Source of the DNA: Bacillales bacterium UBA5455
GTDB taxonomy: Bacteria > Bacillota_I > Bacilli_A > RFN20 > CAG-826
NCBI GenBank assembly: GCA_002427365.1
Contig: DIQT01000015.1
Span: 77,222-141,221 of the forward strand
DNA: 64,000 bases
Direction: 5' to 3'
Shown: positions 51,790-60,917 of the stretch, in pieces
Layout of the letters: every line of letters starts with the position of its first letter
Numbering within the stretch: position 1 is the stretch's first letter
The notes under the pieces: generated by a model
Database searches by the model: none
The model's input: only the letters and a program-made list of their open reading frames with translations
What the model was told of the DNA's origin: nothing
Position numbers and translations under genes: made by a program

Positions 51790-52317
51790 CTATTTGTCTA
51801 CGCCTTCGTGAGGCCCATTTAAGGGATGGTCGTTATGATCAATTTTTTGATGTTTTAAAATTAGAAAATAAAAGACAAAACTAATAACACCAATAATTGT
51901 AAATAAACTATGAATAATAATTAAACTAAGTAAAACGCCCGAGTCAATTGTTACGTAGGCGGCATAAACGCTAATTAAAATAAAATCAAGTAAATATAAA
52001 ATCGCGCCAACGAGTAAAGCGGTAAAATATCCTTTGCGGGCAAAAAGGTAACAGGTTAAGAAAATTGCCGCGATGCCGATAATTACTAAGATGGCGAAAA
52101 ACGTTTTTAAGCCACTTGCTAGCTGACTAGCATAAATTACATGAAGTAACCAGCTTGTTATAGTATAGCCAAGTCCACTTAAGTCACTGCCTGAGCGGTT
52201 AATTACTAAAAACAAGTTCATAATTACAGAAAAAATCGCGGAGTAGCTAAGAAACCCCGCGGTTACTCCATAAATCCTAAGCCACAGTTGTGATTTATAT
52301 GATTTTACGTTATTCAT
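51790..52317 (-). CDS. polytopic membrane protein of unknown function (downstream of asp23)
   Basis: 4 predicted TM helices. No recognizable motif and a weak RBS. Confidence 0.45.
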   Translation of the reverse strand: MNNVKSYKSQLWLRIYGVTAGFLSYSAIFSVIMNLFLVINRSGSDLSGLGYTITSWLLHVIYASQLASGLKTFFAILVIIGIAAIFLTCYLFARKGYFTALLVGAILYLLDFILISVYAAYVTIDSGVLLSLIIIHSLFTIIGVISFVFYFLILKHQKIDHNDHPLNGPHEGVDK

Positions 52318-52352
52318 TTTTGGCTAATAAGGGGAAAAATAAGCAATTACGC

Positions 52353-52688
52353 TTATTTTTCAATACCACTTACCTCAACAGTAATTTTAAATGGAATTAA
52401 TTCAGTCATACTTCGTAAGGCATCAGCAACTTTTTCTTGAATTGAAAGGGCAACATCTTTCACATTCACGCCTTTTTTAATATTAACGCGAATGGAAACA
52501 GTAACTAACCCGTTGCGGATACTACAATTAATCGGTTCTTCCAAAGAAAAAAGACGTTTCTTTGGGCTCGAAACTTCGGCGCCTTTAACACTATTTGTCG
52601 CAATTTCCGCAATTTGGTCAAAGACAACATGTGAAATTCCCATATTGCCATTACGAGTATAGTTTTGGATATTTACATAGCGTGCCAT
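52353..52688 (-). CDS. Asp23/Gls24-family alkaline shock protein
   Basis: MARYVNIQN...MGISHVVFDQIAEIA is typical of Asp23. The start at 52688 follows a GGAGGA RBS. Confidence 0.8.
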   Translation of the reverse strand: MARYVNIQNYTRNGNMGISHVVFDQIAEIATNSVKGAEVSSPKKRLFSLEEPINCSIRNGLVTVSIRVNIKKGVNVKDVALSIQEKVADALRSMTELIPFKITVEVSGIEK

Positions 52689-52710
52689 AGTTGTTCCTCC
52701 GATTGCATTA

Positions 52711-52739
52711 ATTATATGAGAAAAACGCGCTTCTTTCAA
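52711..52739 (-). promoter_or_regulatory. sigma-A-type promoter for asp23 (TTGAAA-17-TATAAT on the minus strand)
   Basis: Consensus -35 and -10 boxes about 22 nt upstream of the start codon. Confidence 0.55.
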
Positions 52740-52807
52740 CACTAGCGAATAGAAAAATTCATTATTTCGTCTAAATGACAATGCGAAATTTATTTTAGCA
52801 AAGAAAA

Positions 52808-52830
52808 GGAGTTAGTTTAGTAACTAACTC
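52808..52830 (-). terminator. rho-independent terminator after tkt
   Basis: GGAGTTAGTT-act-AACTAACTCC perfect 10-bp stem followed on the minus strand by TTTTCTTT. Confidence 0.75.
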
Positions 52831-52855
52831 CCCAAATTTCGTAATTATTTAGAAT

Positions 52856-55042
52856 TTATTCTTCTTCGTGAGCTTCATCAGCTTCTTCAATTACTTCGTC
52901 AACTTCATCAGTTACTTCATCAGTAACAATTTCTTCCTCGCTAACTTCTTCGACTTGTTCGCTAGCGACAAGCGGTTCTTCTTTAACAACTTCTTCGCTA
53001 CGAGTTTTTTCATCTTCGCTTGTAAGAACAAGATCATGACCATCAAGGCCCCAAACGATATTCGCTAGCGCTAATGGAGTGAAATTAAAGTGTTTAATAA
53101 TATCTTTATACGGAGCTGATTCACCAAATGTATCAATCCCCATAACGGTTTTTGCGTATTTATACCATCCAACACGGGAGCCCATTTCCACGGCAATCCG
53201 CTTTTCATAAGGAAGATCGGCAAATATTTCATCACGGTATTCCGCCCCTTGTGCATCAAATAATTCAACGGAAGGCATTGAGACAACCCGAACGTCAATT
53301 CCGTTTTCAAGTAAAATGGCTTGCGCTTCAATGGCGAGACTTACTTCACTACCAGTGGCAATAAGGACATAAGCCGGTTTATTTCCTTTTTCTTTGGAAA
53401 TAACATAACCACCTTTAGCTACTTCATCCGCACTACTATTTGTTAAGGTTGGTAACCCTTGGCGGGATAAAATAAGACATGTTGGATTTTTAACGCTTTC
53501 AAGCGCATTTTTCCATGCTCCGACAGTTTCCCGCGCATCAGCAGGCCGAATGACGTTGACGTATGGAATCGACCGGAGTGCCCAAAGATGTTCGATTGGT
53601 TGATGGGTCCGACCATCTTCGCCTAGGGCGACCGAGTCGTGAGAGAATAAATAAATAGCAGGGAGCCGTTCAATTGCCGACATCCGGATAGCATTTTTCA
53701 TATAGTCACTAAAGACGAGGAAAGTTCCAACATACGTTCTTAAGCCCGAATGTAAAAGCATTCCGTTTGCAATTGAGGCCATACCAAATTCGCGAATACC
53801 AAAGTTAATACTCCGGCCATCACGGTTTTTCGGTGAAAAGTCTTTTTCACTGGCATATTTTGTATTCAGACTACTAGCAACGTCTGCGCTACCGCCAACG
53901 AGCATTGGAACGTGGCGCGCATAAATACCAAGCATCGAACCACTTGTTTTTCTTGTTGCTTCAACTAAGCCATCAGCAAAGTGCGGATCAGATCTTGGGA
54001 TTAAATAACGAATATCATTATCGCGGGTTGCTTTTAGTTGATTGTAATGATCAGGGAAGTTTTTCGAATATGTTTTCATATTACTTTCCCATTTCCGGTA
54101 AAGCTTTTCACCCCGTTCTCTAAAGGATTTTCTAAATGTTTCATAAACATCATTAGGAATTTCCCATTCTGGGTACGACCATTGATAATAACCTTTGGTG
54201 TAGGAACCATCATCAATACCTAATGGTGAGCCATGAACTTTAGAAGTTCCGGCATTCCGACTTCCTTCCCCAATGATGGAGTGAAAAATAATTAATGTTG
54301 GTTTGACTTTTGACCGTTTTGCCCGTTTAATCGCGCGGTCGATGGCTTTAATGTTATTTCCATCAAGAACGTGAAGAACATTCCACCCACATGCTTTAAA
54401 GCGTTTTGGCACATCTTCACTAAATGAATTCGATAATGGTCCATCAAGTGTTACATCATTTGAGTCATAAAACATAATTAATTTATTTAATTGTTGATGA
54501 CCGGCGAAAGAAATTGCTTCTTGGGCAACACCTTCTTGTAAGGAGCCATCCGAAGCTAAAACATACGTGTGGTGGTCAATAATCCTGTTAGAATCAGGAT
54601 AAACGTTCCGTAACATGACTTCACCAAGCGCAAGTCCAACGGCTTGTGCAACACCTTGGCCAAGTGGTCCACTTGTCGCATCAACACCAGGAGTTAAATG
54701 AACTTCGGGGTGACCAGGTGTAATCGAATCTAGTTGTCTAAATTGCTTTAAATCATCAAGCGTTAAATCATAACCCGCAAAATGAAGAACGGAATAAAGT
54801 AATGGACTTGCATGGCCTGATTCTAAAACAAATCGATCGCGGTTAAGCCAATTTGGATGTGAAGGATCAGCTACTAAGTGCCTAGTAAATAGTGTATAAA
54901 GGACAGGAGCCGCTCCAATCGCCATTCCTGGGTGGCCACTATTAGCCGTATTGGTTATATCAATAACCGTTGCCCGGATTGCACTAATCGCTTGTTGGTC
55001 GTAATTAATTTTTACCGGCTTTTCTTTCTTGTTTTCACTCAT
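52856..55042 (-). CDS. tkt: Transketolase with a roughly 60-aa acidic C-terminal extension
   Basis: TPP-binding GHPG and GDG...N motifs (SGHPGMAIGAAP, GDGSLQEG), Pyr domain and C-terminal domain. The C-terminal tail is EEVVKEEPLVASEQVEEVSEEEIVTDEVTDEVDEVIEEADEAHEEE. Confidence 0.93.
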   Translation of the reverse strand: MSENKKEKPVKINYDQQAISAIRATVIDITNTANSGHPGMAIGAAPVLYTLFTRHLVADPSHPNWLNRDRFVLESGHASPLLYSVLHFAGYDLTLDDLKQFRQLDSITPGHPEVHLTPGVDATSGPLGQGVAQAVGLALGEVMLRNVYPDSNRIIDHHTYVLASDGSLQEGVAQEAISFAGHQQLNKLIMFYDSNDVTLDGPLSNSFSEDVPKRFKACGWNVLHVLDGNNIKAIDRAIKRAKRSKVKPTLIIFHSIIGEGSRNAGTSKVHGSPLGIDDGSYTKGYYQWSYPEWEIPNDVYETFRKSFRERGEKLYRKWESNMKTYSKNFPDHYNQLKATRDNDIRYLIPRSDPHFADGLVEATRKTSGSMLGIYARHVPMLVGGSADVASSLNTKYASEKDFSPKNRDGRSINFGIREFGMASIANGMLLHSGLRTYVGTFLVFSDYMKNAIRMSAIERLPAIYLFSHDSVALGEDGRTHQPIEHLWALRSIPYVNVIRPADARETVGAWKNALESVKNPTCLILSRQGLPTLTNSSADEVAKGGYVISKEKGNKPAYVLIATGSEVSLAIEAQAILLENGIDVRVVSMPSVELFDAQGAEYRDEIFADLPYEKRIAVEMGSRVGWYKYAKTVMGIDTFGESAPYKDIIKHFNFTPLALANIVWGLDGHDLVLTSEDEKTRSEEVVKEEPLVASEQVEEVSEEEIVTDEVTDEVDEVIEEADEAHEEE

Positions 55043-55047
55043 AGTAT

Positions 55048-56793
55048 TTACTCCTTTTCGTTTGTAGTGTTACTAATTTTAAGCTCTTCTAACTGAATCG
55101 CATCGACTTTTGTTGGTTCACCGCTCATTGGGGACATACCAGCAAGATTTTTCGGAAAAGCGATGACATCACGAATATTATCGGTATCAGTTAAAATCAT
55201 CGTTAAGCGGTCTAATCCATAGGCGATACCACCATGGGGCGGGGTGCCATATTTAAAGGCATCAATAAAGAAGCCAAACTTTGCCCGAATATCTTCCTCT
55301 TCCATGCCCAACACTTCAAAAATTGCTTGTTGGACATTTTGGTCGTAGATTCTCACTGATCCACCGCCGACTTCTTGACCATTAATAACTAAGTCATAAG
55401 CTTGAGCAATAACTGCATCAGGATTACTTCTTAATAATGGTAAGTCTTCGTCACGTGGTCTTGTAAAAGGGTGATGGGTGCTTGTTAAATTACCTTTTTC
55501 ATCTCTTTCAAAAAGCGGAAAATCTTTAACCCATAAAAAGTCGAAAGTACCAGGTTTCCGTAAACCAAGTGCGTCAGCGTAATATAAACGAAGTGCGCCA
55601 AGCACACTGGTAACTTTATTATACCGATTATCGGCAGCAATTACGACAATATCATTGTTTTTTAATGATAATTTTTCAATTAAGTGCTTAATTTCTTCTT
55701 CACTCATCGATTTAACTAGGGAACCACTAAGTTCGTTATCAAGATATTTAAGTACCGCCACACCACCTAAACCATGTTGTTTGGCGATTAAGGAGGCTTC
55801 ATCCATTTTTTTCCGCGAGGTTGCTTCAGCGATATTATTTACGACAATTGCTTGGATATAAGCATTATTGTTATAATAATCACCTAAATTACTACTAAAT
55901 ATCGACTTAATGTCCGTAATTAACATTTCAAAGCGGGTATCAGGCTTATCACTACCATATTTTGCGATGGCATCATTAAAGCTTAAGCGTTTTAGCGGTA
56001 GTTCTACTTCGTAGCCGATCGTATCTTTAAAAATTTTCGCAATGAGCCCTTCATTAATTTTCATAATTTCATCTTGACTTAAAAAAGACATTTCAATATC
56101 AATTTGCGTAAAGTCGGGTTGGCGGTCCGCGCGTAAGTCTTCATCACGGAAGCAGCGGGCAATTTGATAATACCGTTCGAAGCCACCAATCATTAATAAT
56201 TGTTTATAAATTTGGGGCGATTGAGGTAATGCGTAGTAGCTACCCGGATGATTACGGCTTGGAACAAGGAAGTCCCGCGCACCACCGGGGGTTGATTTAG
56301 TTAAAATTGGTGTTTCAACTTCGATAAATTCATGTTCATCTAAGTATTCATGCGCACTTTTAACAATTTGCGCCCGTGCTATAAAGCGTTTTTGCATAAT
56401 CGGCCGGCGTAAGTCTAAGTAGCGATATTTTAACCGAACTTCTTCTAAAGCATCGGTTTCATCGGCAATAATTAATGGTGTTGTTGCCGATTTATTAATT
56501 AAAATAATTTCACTTGCTTCAACTTCAACTTCACCGGTTAATAAATTAGGATTTGGTTGATCTTTAATGCGGACAACCCCTTTTACGTGAATTACATATT
56601 CATTTCTAATTTCCGGGATACTAATTTCATCCGTTTTAACCATTACTTGGACAATACCGCTCCGATCACGAAGATCGATAAAGATAAAGGAGCCGAGATT
56701 TCTTTTTTTCGCGACCCAACCAACTAATTCAACATTTTGTCCGGCATGTTCTTTTCTTAATTTGCCATTTTCGATTGTTCTATACATATTCAT
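55048..56793 (-). CDS. aspS: Aspartate--tRNA ligase
   Basis: Class IIb N-terminal OB anticodon-binding domain, motifs 1-3 (FRDEDLRADRQPDFTQID, GGGSVR) and a GAD insertion domain. Confidence 0.93.
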   Translation of the reverse strand: MNMYRTIENGKLRKEHAGQNVELVGWVAKKRNLGSFIFIDLRDRSGIVQVMVKTDEISIPEIRNEYVIHVKGVVRIKDQPNPNLLTGEVEVEASEIILINKSATTPLIIADETDALEEVRLKYRYLDLRRPIMQKRFIARAQIVKSAHEYLDEHEFIEVETPILTKSTPGGARDFLVPSRNHPGSYYALPQSPQIYKQLLMIGGFERYYQIARCFRDEDLRADRQPDFTQIDIEMSFLSQDEIMKINEGLIAKIFKDTIGYEVELPLKRLSFNDAIAKYGSDKPDTRFEMLITDIKSIFSSNLGDYYNNNAYIQAIVVNNIAEATSRKKMDEASLIAKQHGLGGVAVLKYLDNELSGSLVKSMSEEEIKHLIEKLSLKNNDIVVIAADNRYNKVTSVLGALRLYYADALGLRKPGTFDFLWVKDFPLFERDEKGNLTSTHHPFTRPRDEDLPLLRSNPDAVIAQAYDLVINGQEVGGGSVRIYDQNVQQAIFEVLGMEEEDIRAKFGFFIDAFKYGTPPHGGIAYGLDRLTMILTDTDNIRDVIAFPKNLAGMSPMSGEPTKVDAIQLEELKISNTTNEKE

Positions 56794-56799
56794 TTCCTT

Positions 56800-58104
56800 T
56801 TATTCATGATCATGATGACCGTGTTCTTCACTATTATATAATCCATCAATATAATCAATAACGTCACCATAGGCGACACTTACTTGTTCTTGGCTTATGA
56901 GGTCTTTAATATTAACGACTTGGTTAGCGACTTCATCATCACCAATAATAATTGCGTACCGTGCGTTAGCCCGTTCCGCTCGTTTAAATAGTTGTTTGAA
57001 ACTATGTTTAGCGAAGTTAATATCGCCTTGATAGCCATAACCGCGTAACGCGGTTAGTAATGAGAAAGCATCGTCGAATGAGTTTTCCCCCACGCTCATG
57101 ACGTAAAAATCAAGGCTAGAAGCGATGTTTTCTAAGATTTCATCATCGTTTAAGACACTATAAAGCCGTTCAATTCCAACCGCGAAGCCAACACCTGGAA
57201 GGCTTGGGCCACCGACTTCTTCTAGTAAGTGTTCGTAATGCCCACCTGCACCGATTGCACCATAATCTTTTCCTTTACTAGAAACATAATGGAATTCAAA
57301 GACGGTGTGTGAGTAATAATCTAAGCCGCGAACGAGTTTATCATCGATTTCGTAGCTTACACCATACCCTTCTAAAATATTAAGTAGTTGGTCAAATTCG
57401 CTTTTGGCGGATGGTGATAAGAATTCACTTAAACTTGGTGCTTCTTTAATAATTTCTTGGTCAGAAGGAACTTTACAATCAAGAATCCGTAAGGGGTTCT
57501 TCTCATAGCGATTTTGGCAATCACTACACATTTCGTGAAAATGCGGTTTAAAGTATTCTTTTAACGCTTTTGTATATTCAAGGCGCGAAGTTTCATCGCC
57601 AAGTGTATTAATTTTTAAGGAAACATTTTGAAGTCCTAAGACGTTTAAAGCGGTAATTCCTAGTAAAATAACTTCAACATCATTGAAAATTGAGGAAACA
57701 CCAACGCTTTCAACACCAAATTGGTGAAATTCGCGATATCTTCCAAGTTGAGGCCGTTCGTAGCGGAAACATTTCCCTGAATAATAATATTTAAGCGGTA
57801 AATCTTCGGTTGCATATAGCTTTTCGCTTACGATGGCGCGCATAACACCAGCGGTACCTTCGGGCCGTAAAGTCATCGAACGATTACCTTTATCGATAAA
57901 TGTGTACATTTCTTTTGTAACGATATCGCTTGTTTCGCCCACACCACGTTCAAAGAGTTCAGTTGCCTCAAATGTTGGTGTTCGCATCGGAACAAAGCCA
58001 TAAATTTGCGCAATCGCGGCGAATGTTTGTTCGATATGATCAAAACTTAACGCTTTTGCGCCATAAATATCTTGCGTTCCTTTTGGGGTTGTAAATTTTG
58101 CCAT
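56800..58104 (-). CDS. hisS: Histidine--tRNA ligase (His-rich C-terminal tail EEHGHHDHE)
   Basis: Class IIa motifs (KCFRYERPQLGRYREFHQFGVE, GGRYD-like GAGGHYEHLL) and a C-terminal anticodon-binding domain. Confidence 0.93.
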   Translation of the reverse strand: MAKFTTPKGTQDIYGAKALSFDHIEQTFAAIAQIYGFVPMRTPTFEATELFERGVGETSDIVTKEMYTFIDKGNRSMTLRPEGTAGVMRAIVSEKLYATEDLPLKYYYSGKCFRYERPQLGRYREFHQFGVESVGVSSIFNDVEVILLGITALNVLGLQNVSLKINTLGDETSRLEYTKALKEYFKPHFHEMCSDCQNRYEKNPLRILDCKVPSDQEIIKEAPSLSEFLSPSAKSEFDQLLNILEGYGVSYEIDDKLVRGLDYYSHTVFEFHYVSSKGKDYGAIGAGGHYEHLLEEVGGPSLPGVGFAVGIERLYSVLNDDEILENIASSLDFYVMSVGENSFDDAFSLLTALRGYGYQGDINFAKHSFKQLFKRAERANARYAIIIGDDEVANQVVNIKDLISQEQVSVAYGDVIDYIDGLYNSEEHGHHDHE

Positions 58105-58335
58105 ATTTCCTCCTTTTAAAGTAAAAAAAGTGATACAAAGGACGACATTAGCCGCGGTACCACCTTAATTCGTAATTGTTTATTACGCACTTATGAACCT
58201 TAACGCGGTTAACGGAATTCTTATGAATTAAATTCTCGTCTCCATAGTGTCCGAGCGTCACTTCATCTTATTTCGTTCCACCAGCCCGAAATTCTCTAGA
58301 TAGATTCAGTGATATCGTCTATATCATCGACTCGA
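58105..58335 (-). ncRNA. T-box riboswitch leader of the hisS-aspS-tkt operon
   Basis: On the minus strand, AAUUAAGGUGGUACCGCGG matches the T-box consensus (AAnnnGGGUGGnACCGCG). Terminator helix GUGGUAC...GUAUCAC is followed by a U7 run (plus coordinates 58123-58164). A UAGAGA element and a GGACACUA segment carrying overlapping GAC (Asp) and CAC (His) triplets lie upstream. Promoter TTGATT-17-TACAAT (plus coordinates 58339-58367). Confidence 0.6.
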
Positions 58336-58451
58336 TATATTGTAGTCTTTATTGACATTAAAATCAATTAAGAGGCCTATTTCCATCGGAATAAATTTAG
58401 TAAAACTAGCAATACAACTAAATATATAATAAATAACTACTATAAAACTAC

Positions 58452-60728
58452 TTAATGGATTAAACGCGTTATTTTTTCGACCGCGGGGACATTATTAATG
58501 ATATTAAAAATGGTTGTGAGGTGTTGCTTGTCTTTCACAAGAATTGTCGCTTTAATCGTTGTCTTCCCTTCTATTGGCATTAAGTGCGCACTAATTTTAT
58601 TAATTCCAACTTTATTTGAAGTTAGTAAGGTCATAACATCCACTAATAAATTATTCCGGTCATCCGCTAAAATTGCGATATCAACAGGATAATCTTGAAC
58701 GGGTAAGTCGCTATTCCACGCGACTTCAATACAGCGCATTGGTTGATCTAAAAGGTTTGGACATTCTTTCCGGTGAACGGTAACACCTTTTCCTTTTGTG
58801 ACATAACCGATGATTTCATCGCCAGGAACTGGTGTACAGCATCTTCCAAGCGTAATCGCAACTTGGCCGGCCCCTTTAACCATAACGGGGTTGGAGCTAA
58901 TTTTGCTCTTTTTGAGCATTTTCGAGATATCAACTGGTTTTTCAATATTTAAAAAGTCAATAACTGCGCTTGGCGCGGGATTTCGATTAAAAACAGCGAT
59001 ATAAAAGTCTTCTAAAGATGTAACATTATACTTTTCAAACACTTTTTTGTTATCAACTAATTGCACCATCTTCTCTTCAGTAATATTTCGGTCTTTAAAC
59101 GCATCGGCGAGTGATTGTTTACCTTTAGCAATCCGGTCTTCCCGCATTAATTCGCTATTAACTTTAAACCAGTATTTCCGAATATGATTTTTTGCGGACC
59201 GGGTAAAGGCAATATTAACCCAGTCTTCATTAGGACCTTTTGATTTATTTGATGTTCGAATTTCGACAATATCACCTGTTTTTAAAACCGTTCCTAACGG
59301 CACAAGAATGTTATTAACACTCGCACCGACCATCGAATCACCAACACCAGTGTGGATTTTATATGCAAAGTCAATCGGAGTTGAACCATTTGGAAGTTCA
59401 ACAACCTTTCCTTTTGGGGTAAAAACATAAACGTTCGCATCAAAAATTTCTTCTTGAAGCGTATCCATGTATTCTTTCGCGTCTGATGACATATCTTTGG
59501 AAACACCAATAAAATCACGGAACCAATGGAGCTTTTCTTCAATTTCCTTTTGTTCGCGGCGCGGATCGTAGTTTGTTCCTTCTTCATACCGCCAGTGAGC
59601 AGCAACCCCACCTTCAGCGATTTTATCCATTTCTTCCGTTCTTATTTGAATTTCATATGTTTGGCCATCACCAGCGATAATTGTCGTATGTAAGCTTTGA
59701 TACATATTGGGCTTCGGCATCGCAATATAGTCTTTAAATCGGCCTGGCATCGGTTTATATGTCGCATGAATTAAACCAAGGACTTCATAACAATTAAGTT
59801 CACTTTTCGTAATTACCCGTAACGCCATAATATCGTAGATTTCATCGAATGTATGGCCACTATCCGTCATCTTCTTATAAATTGAATAAATTGATTTAAC
59901 ACGACTTTCAAGCACAAACGGAATTTTATTAGCGTAAAGAATATCGGCAATCCGTTTCTTTAATTCTAATAAAGAACGTTGGCGATTTCTCGTCCGTGCT
60001 TCAACTTTTTCAACAATTTCAGTATAAATTTTTGGTTCGGTATATTTTAAACAAATATCTTCCATTTCGGCTTTAACTGTATTCATCCCAAGGCGATGGG
60101 CGATGGGAACATAAACTTGTAAGGTTTCTTTTGCCATTCGTTGTTGGCGGTGGGGTTCGAGATACCCAAGTGTCCGCAAATTATGGAGGCGATCAGAAAG
60201 TTTAATAATAATAACGCGAATATCCTTCGCCATGCCTAAAAAGATTTTCCGATAATCTTCATATAAAAACTCGCCGCTACCTTCCGTCCGTTTGGATAGT
60301 TTCATCGCTTGAATCTTTGTTAATGCTTCCACTAACATTGCAACATCGTGGCCAAATATTTTTTTTATTTCGTTAATACCAATTTCCGTATCTTCAACAA
60401 CATCATGGAGTAATCCGGCGATAATTGTCGATGGACCAGCTTGAAGTTGGGAAAGAATATAAGAAACTTCAATTAAGTGATGGATATATGGTTCGCCAGA
60501 TTTTCGAAATTGCCCGTCGTGAGCTTTATTAGCAAATTCATATGCTTCACGAATTTTTTTCCGATCTTTTTCATCCTTAATATAGCCATAAAAAAGTTGC
60601 TCCACTTCTTCAAAGGTGTGGAGGATGATTTTATCTGGCTGAGGAGTATATTCAGCAAGAATTTCATTACTTGAAATGTCGGTTTCAAGAGCCGCTGCAC
60701 TTTTTGGCAGTTTTGGATCCATACTCAT
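58452..60728 (-). CDS. relA: Bifunctional (p)ppGpp synthetase/hydrolase Rel/RelA
   Basis: HD hydrolase domain (HDVVEDT), synthetase domain (GRFKDYIAMPKPNMYQSLHTT) and TGS plus ACT C-terminal domains. 758 aa. Confidence 0.93.
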   Translation of the reverse strand: MSMDPKLPKSAAALETDISSNEILAEYTPQPDKIILHTFEEVEQLFYGYIKDEKDRKKIREAYEFANKAHDGQFRKSGEPYIHHLIEVSYILSQLQAGPSTIIAGLLHDVVEDTEIGINEIKKIFGHDVAMLVEALTKIQAMKLSKRTEGSGEFLYEDYRKIFLGMAKDIRVIIIKLSDRLHNLRTLGYLEPHRQQRMAKETLQVYVPIAHRLGMNTVKAEMEDICLKYTEPKIYTEIVEKVEARTRNRQRSLLELKKRIADILYANKIPFVLESRVKSIYSIYKKMTDSGHTFDEIYDIMALRVITKSELNCYEVLGLIHATYKPMPGRFKDYIAMPKPNMYQSLHTTIIAGDGQTYEIQIRTEEMDKIAEGGVAAHWRYEEGTNYDPRREQKEIEEKLHWFRDFIGVSKDMSSDAKEYMDTLQEEIFDANVYVFTPKGKVVELPNGSTPIDFAYKIHTGVGDSMVGASVNNILVPLGTVLKTGDIVEIRTSNKSKGPNEDWVNIAFTRSAKNHIRKYWFKVNSELMREDRIAKGKQSLADAFKDRNITEEKMVQLVDNKKVFEKYNVTSLEDFYIAVFNRNPAPSAVIDFLNIEKPVDISKMLKKSKISSNPVMVKGAGQVAITLGRCCTPVPGDEIIGYVTKGKGVTVHRKECPNLLDQPMRCIEVAWNSDLPVQDYPVDIAILADDRNNLLVDVMTLLTSNKVGINKISAHLMPIEGKTTIKATILVKDKQHLTTIFNIINNVPAVEKITRLIH

Positions 60729-60845
60729 AAATACACTAAAATTATAGCATTATAAAATGTTAAATTGTAATAAATCGGCTTTGGAGCACTTCGTTTTAAG
60801 AAAAAGAATCTCCTAGTGTGCAAGAATATATTTAGTCGTTTAAAA

Positions 60846-60873
60846 AAAGACCTAGGAATTTCTTCCTAAGTCT
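60846..60873 (-). terminator. strong rho-independent terminator after the lipoprotein gene
   Basis: AAGACTTAGGAA-gaaa-TTCCTAGGTCTT (12-bp stem, GNRA-type loop) followed on the minus strand by a T7 run. Confidence 0.8.
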
Positions 60874-60917
60874 TGAATCTCTATTTAATAGAGTAAGGAT
60901 TACTTGATTAGTAAAAC

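Noticed and set aside
58368-58451. TTCCgatGGAA and GGCCTCTT elements between rel and the T-box promoter as a possible rel terminator
   Set aside because: The stems are 4 bp or shorter with no U-run. Rel transcription probably reads into the T-box terminator. Evidence for an independent element is insufficient.
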